In this document: piece after piece, positions 31,028-39,986 of the stretch
Layout of the letters: each line of letters opens with the position of its first letter
Position numbering within the stretch: the first letter of the stretch is position 1
DNA from: Gammaproteobacteria bacterium
GTDB taxonomy: Bacteria > Pseudomonadota > Gammaproteobacteria > UBA4575
DNA: 64,000 nucleotides
Direction of reading: 5' to 3'
Assembly: GCA_965243395.1 (NCBI GenBank)
Contig: CBDEUS010000001.1
Coordinates: forward strand, 1,215,211-1,279,210
The notes under the pieces: generated by a model
Database searches by the model: none
Seen by the model: the letters and a program-made list of their open reading frames with translations, nothing else
What the model was told of the DNA's origin: nothing
Program-made: the position numbers and the translations under genes

Positions 31028-31813
31028 TTAAAGCGTGTTATTTGCGAATTCAAGCATGCTGCTAATCGTTTCAATTGCACGTGAATTTACTTCATACACA
31101 CGCTGTGTTTCGATCATGTTAATCAAATCTTCAACGATATTTACATTTGAGGTTTCTAAAGAACCTTGTTCCAAAGTCCCTAACCCGTTTTGCCCGGGTG
31201 TACTCACTTGTGGTGTTCCTGATGCGGCAGTTTCAAATAACAAGTTACCACCACGCGCTTGTAAGCCAGTTGGGTTTACAAAATCAACTAATTGTATGTT
31301 ACCAACCTGTGTAGGCGTGGCGCTCCCACTCGTTTGAGCAGATACGGTTCCATCTGCACCAATAGTAATATTAATTACATTCGGCGGAATCGTTATGGAT
31401 GGCTGTAAAACATAACCACTTGAATTAACAATTTGTCCAGTAGAGTCTAGAGTAAATGTACCATCGCGCGTGTAGCCAATTGTTCCATCGGGTTGTAAAA
31501 TTTGGAAAAACCCATTACCTTGAATAGCAAGATCTAAAGCACCTTCTGTTCTTGTAAGATTACCTTGTGTAAATAACTTTTCTGTCGCCACCAAACGAAC
31601 ACCCGTGCCAACTTGTAATCCAGTTGGAAATTGAGTGTCTTGCGAAGATTGTGCACCTGGTTGACGAACTGTTTGATAGATTAGATCTTCAAATACAGCG
31701 CGATCACGTTTAAAACCAGTGGTGTTTGCATTCGCTAGATTGTTTGCGATAACAGCAATACGAGTTTGTTGTGTATCCAAACCTGTTTTTGCATTCCAAA
31801 GTGCTGTAGACAT
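31028..31813 (-). CDS. flgG: Distal rod FlgG
   Basis: ANNLANANTTGFKR, FEDLIYQ, LETSNVNIVE. Confidence 0.97.
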   Translation of the reverse strand: MSTALWNAKTGLDTQQTRIAVIANNLANANTTGFKRDRAVFEDLIYQTVRQPGAQSSQDTQFPTGLQVGTGVRLVATEKLFTQGNLTRTEGALDLAIQGNGFFQILQPDGTIGYTRDGTFTLDSTGQIVNSSGYVLQPSITIPPNVINITIGADGTVSAQTSGSATPTQVGNIQLVDFVNPTGLQARGGNLLFETAASGTPQVSTPGQNGLGTLEQGSLETSNVNIVEDLINMIETQRVYEVNSRAIETISSMLEFANNTL

Positions 31814-31837
31814 ACTAATTCCTTGCTATCTTATATC

Positions 31838-32578
31838 TTAGTTAATTCTTAATAATTGTGATGTTGCTGAATCATTTTCTTCAATTGATCGCATCATCTT
31901 AATGTGCATTTCAAAGTTACGCGTTAATTCAATCATGTCTAATAACTCTGCTACCGTATTGACATTACTAGATTCCAAAATACCAGAAGTAACAGTAACC
32001 GATGCATCCGCCTCAATAGATGCATCGGGAACCGCCCTTAACAAACCATCTTCACCTTTGTAAAGATCTTCTGGTTTTGCGTTTACTAATTTAATGCGGT
32101 CAATGGTTGCAAGTGTTGTCGCTTCCTGACCTACAGGTAATATCGAAATGGTTCCATCTGCTGCAATTTCGAGTTTTTCAAAAGGTGGTAAAGCGATGGG
32201 CCCATCATTACCTAATACTGGGTGACCTGCCCCAGTTTCTAACAATCCTGTAGAAGTGGTATGTAAATCTCCCGCTCGTGTATAGGCTGTGTTCCCATCA
32301 GGTGCTTGAATTTCAATAAAACCGTTCCCGCTTACAGCAATGTCAAGCTCTCTACCGGTTTGTTGCAGTGCACCACTTGAAAAATCTACGCCGCTGTGTT
32401 CGTCCTGACTATAAATACGACTTTCATATCCTGGACCTTGTACAGGCAAACTATTTATCGCATTAAAGTCAGCACGAAAACCAGTAGTGCTTGCATTGGC
32501 AAGATTATTTGTATTTGTGGCTTGATGCAGTTGTACTTGTTTTGCACCATTCATTGCCACATACAATGCGCGATCCAT
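31838..32578 (-). CDS. flgF: Proximal rod FlgF
   Basis: MDRALYVAM, NLANASTTGFRAD, TGRELD, LESSNVN. Confidence 0.97.
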   Translation of the reverse strand: MDRALYVAMNGAKQVQLHQATNTNNLANASTTGFRADFNAINSLPVQGPGYESRIYSQDEHSGVDFSSGALQQTGRELDIAVSGNGFIEIQAPDGNTAYTRAGDLHTTSTGLLETGAGHPVLGNDGPIALPPFEKLEIAADGTISILPVGQEATTLATIDRIKLVNAKPEDLYKGEDGLLRAVPDASIEADASVTVTSGILESSNVNTVAELLDMIELTRNFEMHIKMMRSIEENDSATSQLLRIN

Positions 32579-32600
32579 TTTGATAATTCCTTAAATTTTA

Positions 32601-33830
32601 TTAACGAATATTAATAATGGTTTGCGTAATGGTATCTGCTGTACCAATTACCTGTGCGTTCGCCTGAAAGTTACGTTGAGTTTGAATCAGGTTGATCAAC
32701 TCACCTGTAACATCCACATTTGATTCTTCTAGTGAACCAGATTGAATCAATCCTAAATCTGCAGAGCCAGGCGCACCAATTAACGGTTGACCTGATGCAA
32801 ATGATTCTGACCATGATGAATTACCTGTTGGTCTTAAGCCTTGTGCATTAGCAAAATTGGCTAGTGCTACTTGTCCCAGTACCAGAGATTGACCATTGGT
32901 ATAACGTGCAAACAGAGTTCCAGATGGATCAAAGTCAAGCGAACTTAATCGACCTGTTGCAAAACCATTTTGATCAATCGCACTAATACCAAATCCACCA
33001 CCAAACTGAGTAATATCAGAATAATCGACTGTAAAAGTTGTCGGTGCACCTACTCCACCGGGTACAAACGCACCAGATGTCGTAGTGGACTGGCCTGCTG
33101 TACCATTAATTGCAGTTAATGCGCCGAATGCATCAAAAGTTAAAACATCTGGTCCAGAAACTTGTACATTATCGACAAACTGAAAAACCTGCCAATCCGT
33201 CGCATTATCTTTTCTGAAATAGTTAGTGGTTACATGCTCACCACCTAATGAATCAAAAACTGTATAAGAGGTTGCATGATTATAAGTAGCAGGATCAGGT
33301 CCAGTTGGCCCAACTAAAAACGCTGGTAAAATTGGCTCTGATGCATCGATATTGGCATCAATATCAATGGTGCTTGTTACATTGGGTGCAATATTACCTC
33401 GGCTGATAGCTAGAGGACCTTGTGCACCTGTTAAATTTCCTGCTGAATCTGCTTGAAACCCAACGAGCTGGCTGCCCGATGAATTGACGATATTTCCTAC
33501 GTTGTCAACTTGAAATGCTCCGGCACGCGTAAAAGTTTGTGAACCACCATCACTCAGTACAAAAAATCCTTGCCCAGTTATAGCTAAATCAAGTGAGTTA
33601 TCTGTAAAAGTAATGTCACCATCGGTAAACTGTTGCGTAATTGCTGCTACTTCAACGCCTTGACCAATCGCATTACTCGAAGTTCCAAATTGAGAGGTTG
33701 CATATAAATCTGCAAACTCTGTTCTAGAACGTTTGAAACCGCTCGTTTCGCTATTGGCAATATTGTTTGAAATAACCTGCAAATCATTTTGCGCTGCATT
33801 TAATCCTGTAAGTGCAATATCAAATGGCAT
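32601..33830 (-). CDS. flgE: Hook protein FlgE
   Basis: NNIANSETSGFK, LEESNVD, QRNFQANAQ. Confidence 0.97.
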   Translation of the reverse strand: MPFDIALTGLNAAQNDLQVISNNIANSETSGFKRSRTEFADLYATSQFGTSSNAIGQGVEVAAITQQFTDGDITFTDNSLDLAITGQGFFVLSDGGSQTFTRAGAFQVDNVGNIVNSSGSQLVGFQADSAGNLTGAQGPLAISRGNIAPNVTSTIDIDANIDASEPILPAFLVGPTGPDPATYNHATSYTVFDSLGGEHVTTNYFRKDNATDWQVFQFVDNVQVSGPDVLTFDAFGALTAINGTAGQSTTTSGAFVPGGVGAPTTFTVDYSDITQFGGGFGISAIDQNGFATGRLSSLDFDPSGTLFARYTNGQSLVLGQVALANFANAQGLRPTGNSSWSESFASGQPLIGAPGSADLGLIQSGSLEESNVDVTGELINLIQTQRNFQANAQVIGTADTITQTIINIR

Positions 33831-33869
33831 AACTATTCTCCCTATTTAAAATAATTAACGTTTAAATTT

Positions 33870-34535
33870 TTATTCAATCTTTAAAATTTCAGAAATCTTC
33901 AATTCTCCACCGTTTTCTATATTCAAACGAACAGAATTGGAATTTTCCCCGAATGAAATACTTTCAATTTGTTTATATGCATATGTATCCAATGCAACAC
34001 CGTCTTCACCTTGCGAACCAACAACAGATAAGAAATATTGTCCTTGTGCAACTTGGCTTCCACTTGCATCCGTGCCATCCCAGGTAAACTCTTGCAGATT
34101 ATCATTAACCACCCCCAGTGAAATGGTTTGCACTAGATTCCCTGCTGCATCAAAAATACTTACCGCAACGTTATTTGCTGGGGCGTTGGTGCCTACTGCA
34201 CCCTTAACAACTTCACCTTCATTTAAATTCAAACTATCCGATGCAACCAATGCATTTTTACCAATCAAATTAGTTGCCCCAAGTGACTGACTGGAAATTA
34301 AAGAACTGGCAAGGTCATTAACAGAAGAATTTAATTCCTCTATACCCGTTACCGTACCGAATTGAGCAAGTTGGCCTATGAACTCACCGCTTTGCAATGG
34401 CTCAAATGGATCCTGATTTCGAATCTGCGTAATCATAAGTTCAAGGAAATCTTGTTGATTTAATTCATTTGAATTTTCTTCCTGCTTACTAGGAGAATTG
34501 ATTAAACTCAATATGTCGGATGAAATTGCTTGCAT
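33870..34535 (-). CDS. flgD: Hook cap FlgD
   Basis: FLELMITQIRNQDP, FTWDG. Confidence 0.96.
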   Translation of the reverse strand: MQAISSDILSLINSPSKQEENSNELNQQDFLELMITQIRNQDPFEPLQSGEFIGQLAQFGTVTGIEELNSSVNDLASSLISSQSLGATNLIGKNALVASDSLNLNEGEVVKGAVGTNAPANNVAVSIFDAAGNLVQTISLGVVNDNLQEFTWDGTDASGSQVAQGQYFLSVVGSQGEDGVALDTYAYKQIESISFGENSNSVRLNIENGGELKISEILKIE

Positions 34536-34550
34536 AATGTTTTACCTTAT

Positions 34551-34976
34551 TTAGAACCTGCCCAATCGTAATGTTTGTAATAATAATTCTTTTGATGTGT
34601 TTAAGACTTCGATATTTGTTTGATAACTACTTGAAGCTGACATCATGTTTGTCATCTCTTCAATAACATTCACGTTAGAAAGATAGATATAACCTTCTTC
34701 ATTCGCGAGTGGATTACCCGGCTGATATTGAGCAACATTCTCTGCTTTACTTTCCACCACTCCAACCGTTTGAACACCTGCACTCGCAGAATTATTGATA
34801 TTGTTTAACTGACCTTGATATGTCGTAGCAAATACAGGTTGTTTAGATCTGTATGCAGCTTCAGGGGTGCTTGCAATAGATTCAGCATTTGCCAGATTAC
34901 TTGCTACAGTATTCAAACGTGTATTCTGTGCGCTTAAACCACTTCCTGCGATATCAAAAATATTAAATAGTGACAT
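34551..34976 (-). CDS. flgC: Rod FlgC
   Basis: RLNTVASNLANA, PLANEEGY..SNVN. Confidence 0.97.
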   Translation of the reverse strand: MSLFNIFDIAGSGLSAQNTRLNTVASNLANAESIASTPEAAYRSKQPVFATTYQGQLNNINNSASAGVQTVGVVESKAENVAQYQPGNPLANEEGYIYLSNVNVIEEMTNMMSASSSYQTNIEVLNTSKELLLQTLRLGRF

Positions 34977-34978
34977 AG

Positions 34979-35383
34979 TTATTCGCCCTTCAGTGTGTTG
35001 ATCAAACCTTGGATTTTGTTATTAAGCATTGACAAACTAATTTGATAGCGCACCGCGTTCTCTGCAAATTTTCCTTTTTCAATATGACTGTCCACAGTAT
35101 TACCATCTAATGAAGCATTCTCTGGTATGCGATATTTGGTTTGCAAAGAGAATGCATTGTTTATGTCATTAGAAAGGTGATTGCTATGACTTGTTTTTAA
35201 AGAAACAGGCTTAACAGATGGTGCGTTTTTATTTAGATTGAAAATTTCATTAAAATCTAAATCCTTAGCTTTATAATTTGGTGTGTCTGCATTGATAATA
35301 TTGGATGCTAATATTTCTGCACGCTGAGCTCGTGCTAACACGGACTGTGCATTTATACCAAAATGATTATCAAGTATTTTCAC
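34979..35383 (-). CDS. flgB: Rod FlgB
   Basis: SNIINADTPNYKAKD, DGNTVD. Confidence 0.96.
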   Translation of the reverse strand: MKILDNHFGINAQSVLARAQRAEILASNIINADTPNYKAKDLDFNEIFNLNKNAPSVKPVSLKTSHSNHLSNDINNAFSLQTKYRIPENASLDGNTVDSHIEKGKFAENAVRYQISLSMLNNKIQGLINTLKGE

Positions 35384-35419
35384 TGTTACATCTTCACAAT
35401 TAACGACATGTATTCATAA

Positions 35420-35435
35420 AGCAAATGCCATGCCA
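35420..35435 (-). promoter_or_regulatory. sigma54 promoter of the flgB operon
   Basis: TGGCAT-GGCAT-TTGCT. Confidence 0.88.
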
Positions 35436-35499
35436 ATTGTAAAAAATACAGACTTAACTCATATTGGTTTAAAAATTTGAGGAGAAAAGGTGATTGTAG

Positions 35500-35525
35500 C
35501 GGCAACAATTGCCGTCGTACGGCAA
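35500..35525. promoter_or_regulatory. Cluster of CGGCAA half-sites (candidate FleR/FlrC enhancer)
   Basis: CGGCAA at 35500, TTGCCG at 35509, CGGCAA at 35520; a GC-rich island between the divergent sigma54 promoters. Confidence 0.55.
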
Positions 35526-35575
35526 AAATATCTCAATAAAATTTTTAATTGGCTTAAATTGCGTATAGATAACTT

Positions 35576-35591
35576 TGGTATGTTATTTGCA
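35576..35591 (+). promoter_or_regulatory. sigma54 promoter of flgA
   Basis: TGGTAT-GTTAT-TTGCA. Confidence 0.78.
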
Positions 35592-35680
35592 GATTAATAT
35601 TCATTTAATGATTAAAAAAAGGATCTTGCTATACAACAAATGGAATTAACTTCTATTTAACTTATTAAAGATAACAAGTC

Positions 35681-36376
35681 ATGCCAAAATATTTCTTATT
35701 TATATTTATAATCAGCACGCTTTTATGCATTAATAATGCACATGCCAATAGTCAAAGCCAAGAAAGCTTAAAAAAAGCGGTTTTCAGCTTTTTAAACTCA
35801 GAAATCAAAGATATCCCCGATGCTAAGGTCAGTGTAAGAGAGTTTGATAAACGGCTGCGATTACATCAGTGTTCAATACCGCTACAAGCGTTTTGGCCAT
35901 TGGGTAATAAGCGTCTCGGTAATACGACTGTTGGAATTCGATGCAATGGTGATAAGCCTTGGAAAATTTATGTAGGCGCTCACATACATATATATAAGTA
36001 TGTTTGGGTTTCCAAATTAGGCTTAAATCGCCACCAACTCATTGATTTAGCATCAGTTAGCAAGGAAAAACGTGATGTTACGCAACTCACAACCGGCTAT
36101 TTACTCGCTAACACTCCAATTGAAGGTTTACAGATAAGGCGAAATATACCTGCAAATCAGGTACTTACAAAAACAATGTTAGATTCACAAAAAATGGTAA
36201 AACGTGGAGACCGAATCACAATTATCTCTAAATATGCCGGAGTCGAGGTACGTGCCAAGGGTATTGCTTTGAATGATGGTAGCAAAGGAGAAAAAATAAG
36301 GGTGAAGAACACCAGCTCTAAGCGCGAAATTGAGGCCTATGTCTCAGATAGACAGCGTGTTTTGGTAACTCTTTGA
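35681..36376 (+). CDS. flgA: P-ring chaperone FlgA
   Basis: Signal peptide; 'DKRLRLHQC', 'VKRGDRI', 'GEKIRVKNTSSKR'. Confidence 0.95.
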   Translation: MPKYFLFIFIISTLLCINNAHANSQSQESLKKAVFSFLNSEIKDIPDAKVSVREFDKRLRLHQCSIPLQAFWPLGNKRLGNTTVGIRCNGDKPWKIYVGAHIHIYKYVWVSKLGLNRHQLIDLASVSKEKRDVTQLTTGYLLANTPIEGLQIRRNIPANQVLTKTMLDSQKMVKRGDRITIISKYAGVEVRAKGIALNDGSKGEKIRVKNTSSKREIEAYVSDRQRVLVTL

Positions 36377-36408
36377 CATATATCACATGAATTTTTTAGG
36401 TAAACTAC

Positions 36409-36435
36409 TCAAGTTAATATGAAAACTGCCGATAA
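36409..36435 (+). promoter_or_regulatory. sigma28 promoter of flgMN
   Basis: TCAA-N15-GCCGATAA. Confidence 0.88.
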
Positions 36436-36464
36436 GCAGCTTAGTGAAAACGAGAAAAGCGAAT

Positions 36465-36767
36465 ATGACTGACAAAATCAACAATATCAATAGCCCGATA
36501 AGCGGTGCTAACCTGCAGAATACGTCTAAAGGCGCAAAAAATAGCAATGTTAGTGGAGGCGAATCTGCTGCAGTTGTTAATGTAGGAGATGTTGACATTT
36601 CTTCAGCCCAGACCCTTGATAAAATCCGCGAAAGCTTGGCTTCACAACCCGTTGTAGATCGACAAAAAGTTGATGCTATCAAACAAGCGTTACAAGATGG
36701 AACTTACAAAATTGATTCGGAGAATATCGCTACAAAGCTAATTGAGTATGAACAATTATTAAAGTAG
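36465..36767 (+). CDS. flgM: Anti-sigma28 FlgM (probable start ATG 36465)
   Basis: VDRQKVDAIKQALQDGTYKIDSENIATKLI. Confidence 0.95.
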   Translation: MTDKINNINSPISGANLQNTSKGAKNSNVSGGESAAVVNVGDVDISSAQTLDKIRESLASQPVVDRQKVDAIKQALQDGTYKIDSENIATKLIEYEQLLK

Positions 36768-36773
36768 TAGTTC

Positions 36774-37292
36774 ATGCCAACATCTGATCAAAGTATAAAT
36801 ACGGGTATACACGCTGATCCGTATGAAACTTCAACATTACAAGACTTTTTAGTGCGCTTTAATAGAAAGTTAGAGTTATTCGTTGAGTTATTACAACTTG
36901 AACAACAAACTCTAATGCAGGGAAGTGCTGATGAAATCAGTCACGCAGCTCAATCTAAATTAGATCACATACAAAAACTGTCTCAGTTTATCGCAAATTA
37001 TTTCAACAATATTCCAGGGCATACAAATAATGATCTCGAGCAATCACTCAAAATGATGAATGTGATCTGTGTCGAAAAAGAAATAAAACAGTGGACTGAA
37101 TCACAAGAATTAATTCGATTCTGCCGAGATTTATCAGATGAGAACAGTATACTCCTGGCAAATCGATTAAAATCTACAAACAGCGCATTAGATACTCTTT
37201 ACTCATTGACTGGCTCCCAACCAAATAAAACATATGACGATAACGGTCATTCAAAACATTCACACATCTCAAGGCAGCTAGCCTCGGTTTAA
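36774..37292 (+). CDS. flgN: FlgN chaperone
   Basis: Follows flgM; 'LEQQTL', 'CRDLSDENSILL', 'TYDDNG'. Confidence 0.8.
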   Translation: MPTSDQSINTGIHADPYETSTLQDFLVRFNRKLELFVELLQLEQQTLMQGSADEISHAAQSKLDHIQKLSQFIANYFNNIPGHTNNDLEQSLKMMNVICVEKEIKQWTESQELIRFCRDLSDENSILLANRLKSTNSALDTLYSLTGSQPNKTYDDNGHSKHSHISRQLASV

Positions 37293-37630
37293 TTGAAGGC
37301 ATATAAAGCACTATAAATAGCTATTTTGCATAGATAACGAATTATTCTATGCGTGACAGACCATTTCCAATCCCAGTTCTCAATATCTACATATGCGAAT
37401 GTAGACTATAAATTTGCCCTTTTTTAGTTGAATTGCAAACAAATGTGTCCTGTACATTGAAGGTTTGTTAAATCTTGTTACACACCCCACCAAAACATAA
37501 AAATATCTACGAAATTAACATTTGAGCTGTCTAAATTTCTAGATAATAACCCTACAGTTAGTCTAATTACTAAGAAAAACCACTAGGTTTTAAATACATA
37601 AATTGTAAAAACTCTGAGGAGAGAGAAATT

Positions 37631-38557
37631 ATGAATAGCTCCAATGTGGAGAAATTCACCGCAGGCTCAAATAATGCACTGGAAATAGCCACTGCTATTT
37701 CTGCCAATAAGCCTATAGATAGGCATATAACTGCACTTATACTAAAGCTACAAACTACTCTTAGCATCAGTCATATCATTGAGACTTTTTATCTGTCCCT
37801 TAATTCTGATATGTCTATATGTGGTCTTGAGTATGATTACCCATTACTTTATACACATATAATTCAGGGAGAAAAAACAAATTTTTCTTATAGCTATCTT
37901 ATTGAAGTAGAAAATGATACTTGGGGAAATATTACGATATTTACTGATAGCGAGCTCAGCACTAATAATAAGTCAAGATTAGATGAATATATATCTGCAG
38001 TTATCTTTCCTTTACGAAATGCAATTCAACATGAAAGCGCAATTACACTTGCAGCAAATGAATCGAATCTCGGGTTGCCAAACTGGGGATTGTTAGAAAG
38101 TCAAATTACCAGAGAAGCCAAATTAGCTATTAGACAAAAACAACCTCTCAGTTTATTACTGATTGATATAGATCGCTTCACGACACTAAAAGAGAAAAAC
38201 GGATCATTATTTAGCGACATTATAATTAGACATGTATATGAAACATTGCAAAACTCACTCAGAGATACCGACATACTATACCGATTTGGTTATGATCAGT
38301 TTTCATTAATTTTAAGTGATGTAGTTGAAACTGATGCAGCAGAAATTGCCGAACGCATTAAAAATGATGTCTCTAATCATGAATTATTAGATCACAACAA
38401 CAACAAAGTTCGATTGACAATTAGTATTGGTATTACAGATTTAAAAAATGATGACTCTGTAGATACGCTCTATGAAAGAGCATATAGTGCCTTAAGACTT
38501 GCAAAGAATTCTGGAAGAAATCAAATAAAAGTAGCTGACGGGAAATTTTTGCGTTAA
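37631..38557 (+). CDS. Degenerate GGDEF-domain protein (GYDQF; intact RxxD I-site)
   Basis: LLIDIDRF, LRDTDILYRFGYDQF, TISIG, AKNSGRN. Confidence 0.88.
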   Translation: MNSSNVEKFTAGSNNALEIATAISANKPIDRHITALILKLQTTLSISHIIETFYLSLNSDMSICGLEYDYPLLYTHIIQGEKTNFSYSYLIEVENDTWGNITIFTDSELSTNNKSRLDEYISAVIFPLRNAIQHESAITLAANESNLGLPNWGLLESQITREAKLAIRQKQPLSLLLIDIDRFTTLKEKNGSLFSDIIIRHVYETLQNSLRDTDILYRFGYDQFSLILSDVVETDAAEIAERIKNDVSNHELLDHNNNKVRLTISIGITDLKNDDSVDTLYERAYSALRLAKNSGRNQIKVADGKFLR

Positions 38558-39972
38558 CTCTGTTGCGATGGAAAACTTATTTTTACTCTGTTACGGCCTT
38601 CCTCTTTAGCCTCATAAAGCGCTTTATCTGCTCGCTCAAACATAGCTTGAGCATTATCACCATCTTGTAAACTGGTAATTCCACAAGATATTGTGATTTT
38701 GATTTGCTTGCCTTTTACTAAAAATGTAATTCCCGAAACCTCACTACGTACCTGATCAGCAAATTCTTCAGAATCTTCAATTGCCAACCCTGGCAATAAC
38801 ATGGCGAACTCCTCACCCCCATATCTTGCCAAGAAGTAATCATCCTTGAGTGCTTGACTTAGCTTCTCTGCAACTGCTTTTAGCACCCTGTCACCAACTA
38901 CATGCCCGTATTGATCGTTAAATTTTTTGAAATGATCAATATCCCAAATCAGTAAGCACAAATTTTTGTTAGTATTACCATTAACAGAAATTAAGTCTAC
39001 AAGCTTATCGTTGTACGCTTGTCTGTTATATAAACCTGTAAGAGGGTCACGCAGTGCTTGTTCCTTTTCACGCTTGACTTTATTTCTAAGTTCTTCGGCT
39101 TCAAGCTTTAACTCATTCACTTGATTAGCAAGCGCTTTTACATTTTTTTGAATACGCACTTCTTGTGCTTTAACTACTTTTCTTTCTTCTTCAACAATAT
39201 TTTGCAAACTATCTAGCTGTTCTTTTACAGTATTTTTTAATGATGAAAGGTCATTTCCAGAGAAAATATTATTACTAATAAGCATGACAGTGTCATTCAT
39301 TTTAGAATTCAAATCACTTTGAATTTTCAAATCAGATACTTGCTCTTCAGTAACAGTATGTAATTTATCACCTATACGGCTTATTTGTGCGCCAATGTTA
39401 AATAAGAAATTTTCTAATTCTTCTTTATCTGAATAAGCATCCTGGTATACGTTGTAGAAAAGCTCATAGACGGCCTGTAAGGAAGAATTTAAATCTTGAA
39501 CTGATTTTATATTTTTACATTTTTTCTGTAGAACAGAAGATTCTTTTTGATATTGGTTAGAAAATTTAAATCTTTTTAATATGTCCAGTGGTAACTCAAA
39601 TATAAAATCTTGCTTTTCTACTATATAGTCACTACTTAAATTCTTTATTACACTGATCAGTGCAATTAAAACATGATTTTCTTCAATTGGTTCATTTATC
39701 TCATATACTAATTTTTTTACTGAATCAAAAGCCTCATCATTATGAAATAATTTTTTTATATGACTTACAAGACTAAGTAATGACTTGCTAGCTTCACTGA
39801 GTTCTTGCTTGCTCTCCTGCTCAACTAATTCAGATTCTGCTAACTGGTCTTGTGGATGGTCGTATGAAGACTCAGAATTTGAGTAGAGTTTTTTTAATAA
39901 TGCAGCCGGTAGAGAGAATAACCCTGATGCCTTATTCTCATGAACTTCATTCTCGGCGTCCTGTTGATCCAT
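38554..39972 (-). CDS. Diguanylate cyclase (coiled coil + GGEEF, no I-site)
   Basis: DPLTGLYNR, DIDHFKKFNDQYGHVVGD, ARYGGEEF, RADKALYEAK. Confidence 0.95.
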   Translation of the reverse strand: MDQQDAENEVHENKASGLFSLPAALLKKLYSNSESSYDHPQDQLAESELVEQESKQELSEASKSLLSLVSHIKKLFHNDEAFDSVKKLVYEINEPIEENHVLIALISVIKNLSSDYIVEKQDFIFELPLDILKRFKFSNQYQKESSVLQKKCKNIKSVQDLNSSLQAVYELFYNVYQDAYSDKEELENFLFNIGAQISRIGDKLHTVTEEQVSDLKIQSDLNSKMNDTVMLISNNIFSGNDLSSLKNTVKEQLDSLQNIVEEERKVVKAQEVRIQKNVKALANQVNELKLEAEELRNKVKREKEQALRDPLTGLYNRQAYNDKLVDLISVNGNTNKNLCLLIWDIDHFKKFNDQYGHVVGDRVLKAVAEKLSQALKDDYFLARYGGEEFAMLLPGLAIEDSEEFADQVRSEVSGITFLVKGKQIKITISCGITSLQDGDNAQAMFERADKALYEAKEEGRNRVKISFPSQQS

Positions 39973-39986
39973 TATTAATAAATAGA

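Noticed and set aside
35550-35563. TGGCTTAAATTGCG as another sigma54 site
   Set aside because: GG-GC spacing is 2 bp too short; a correctly spaced site exists at 35576
37328-37352. Imperfect hairpin after flgN as a terminator or sRNA
   Set aside because: AT-rich, bulged and without a U-tract; too weak to call
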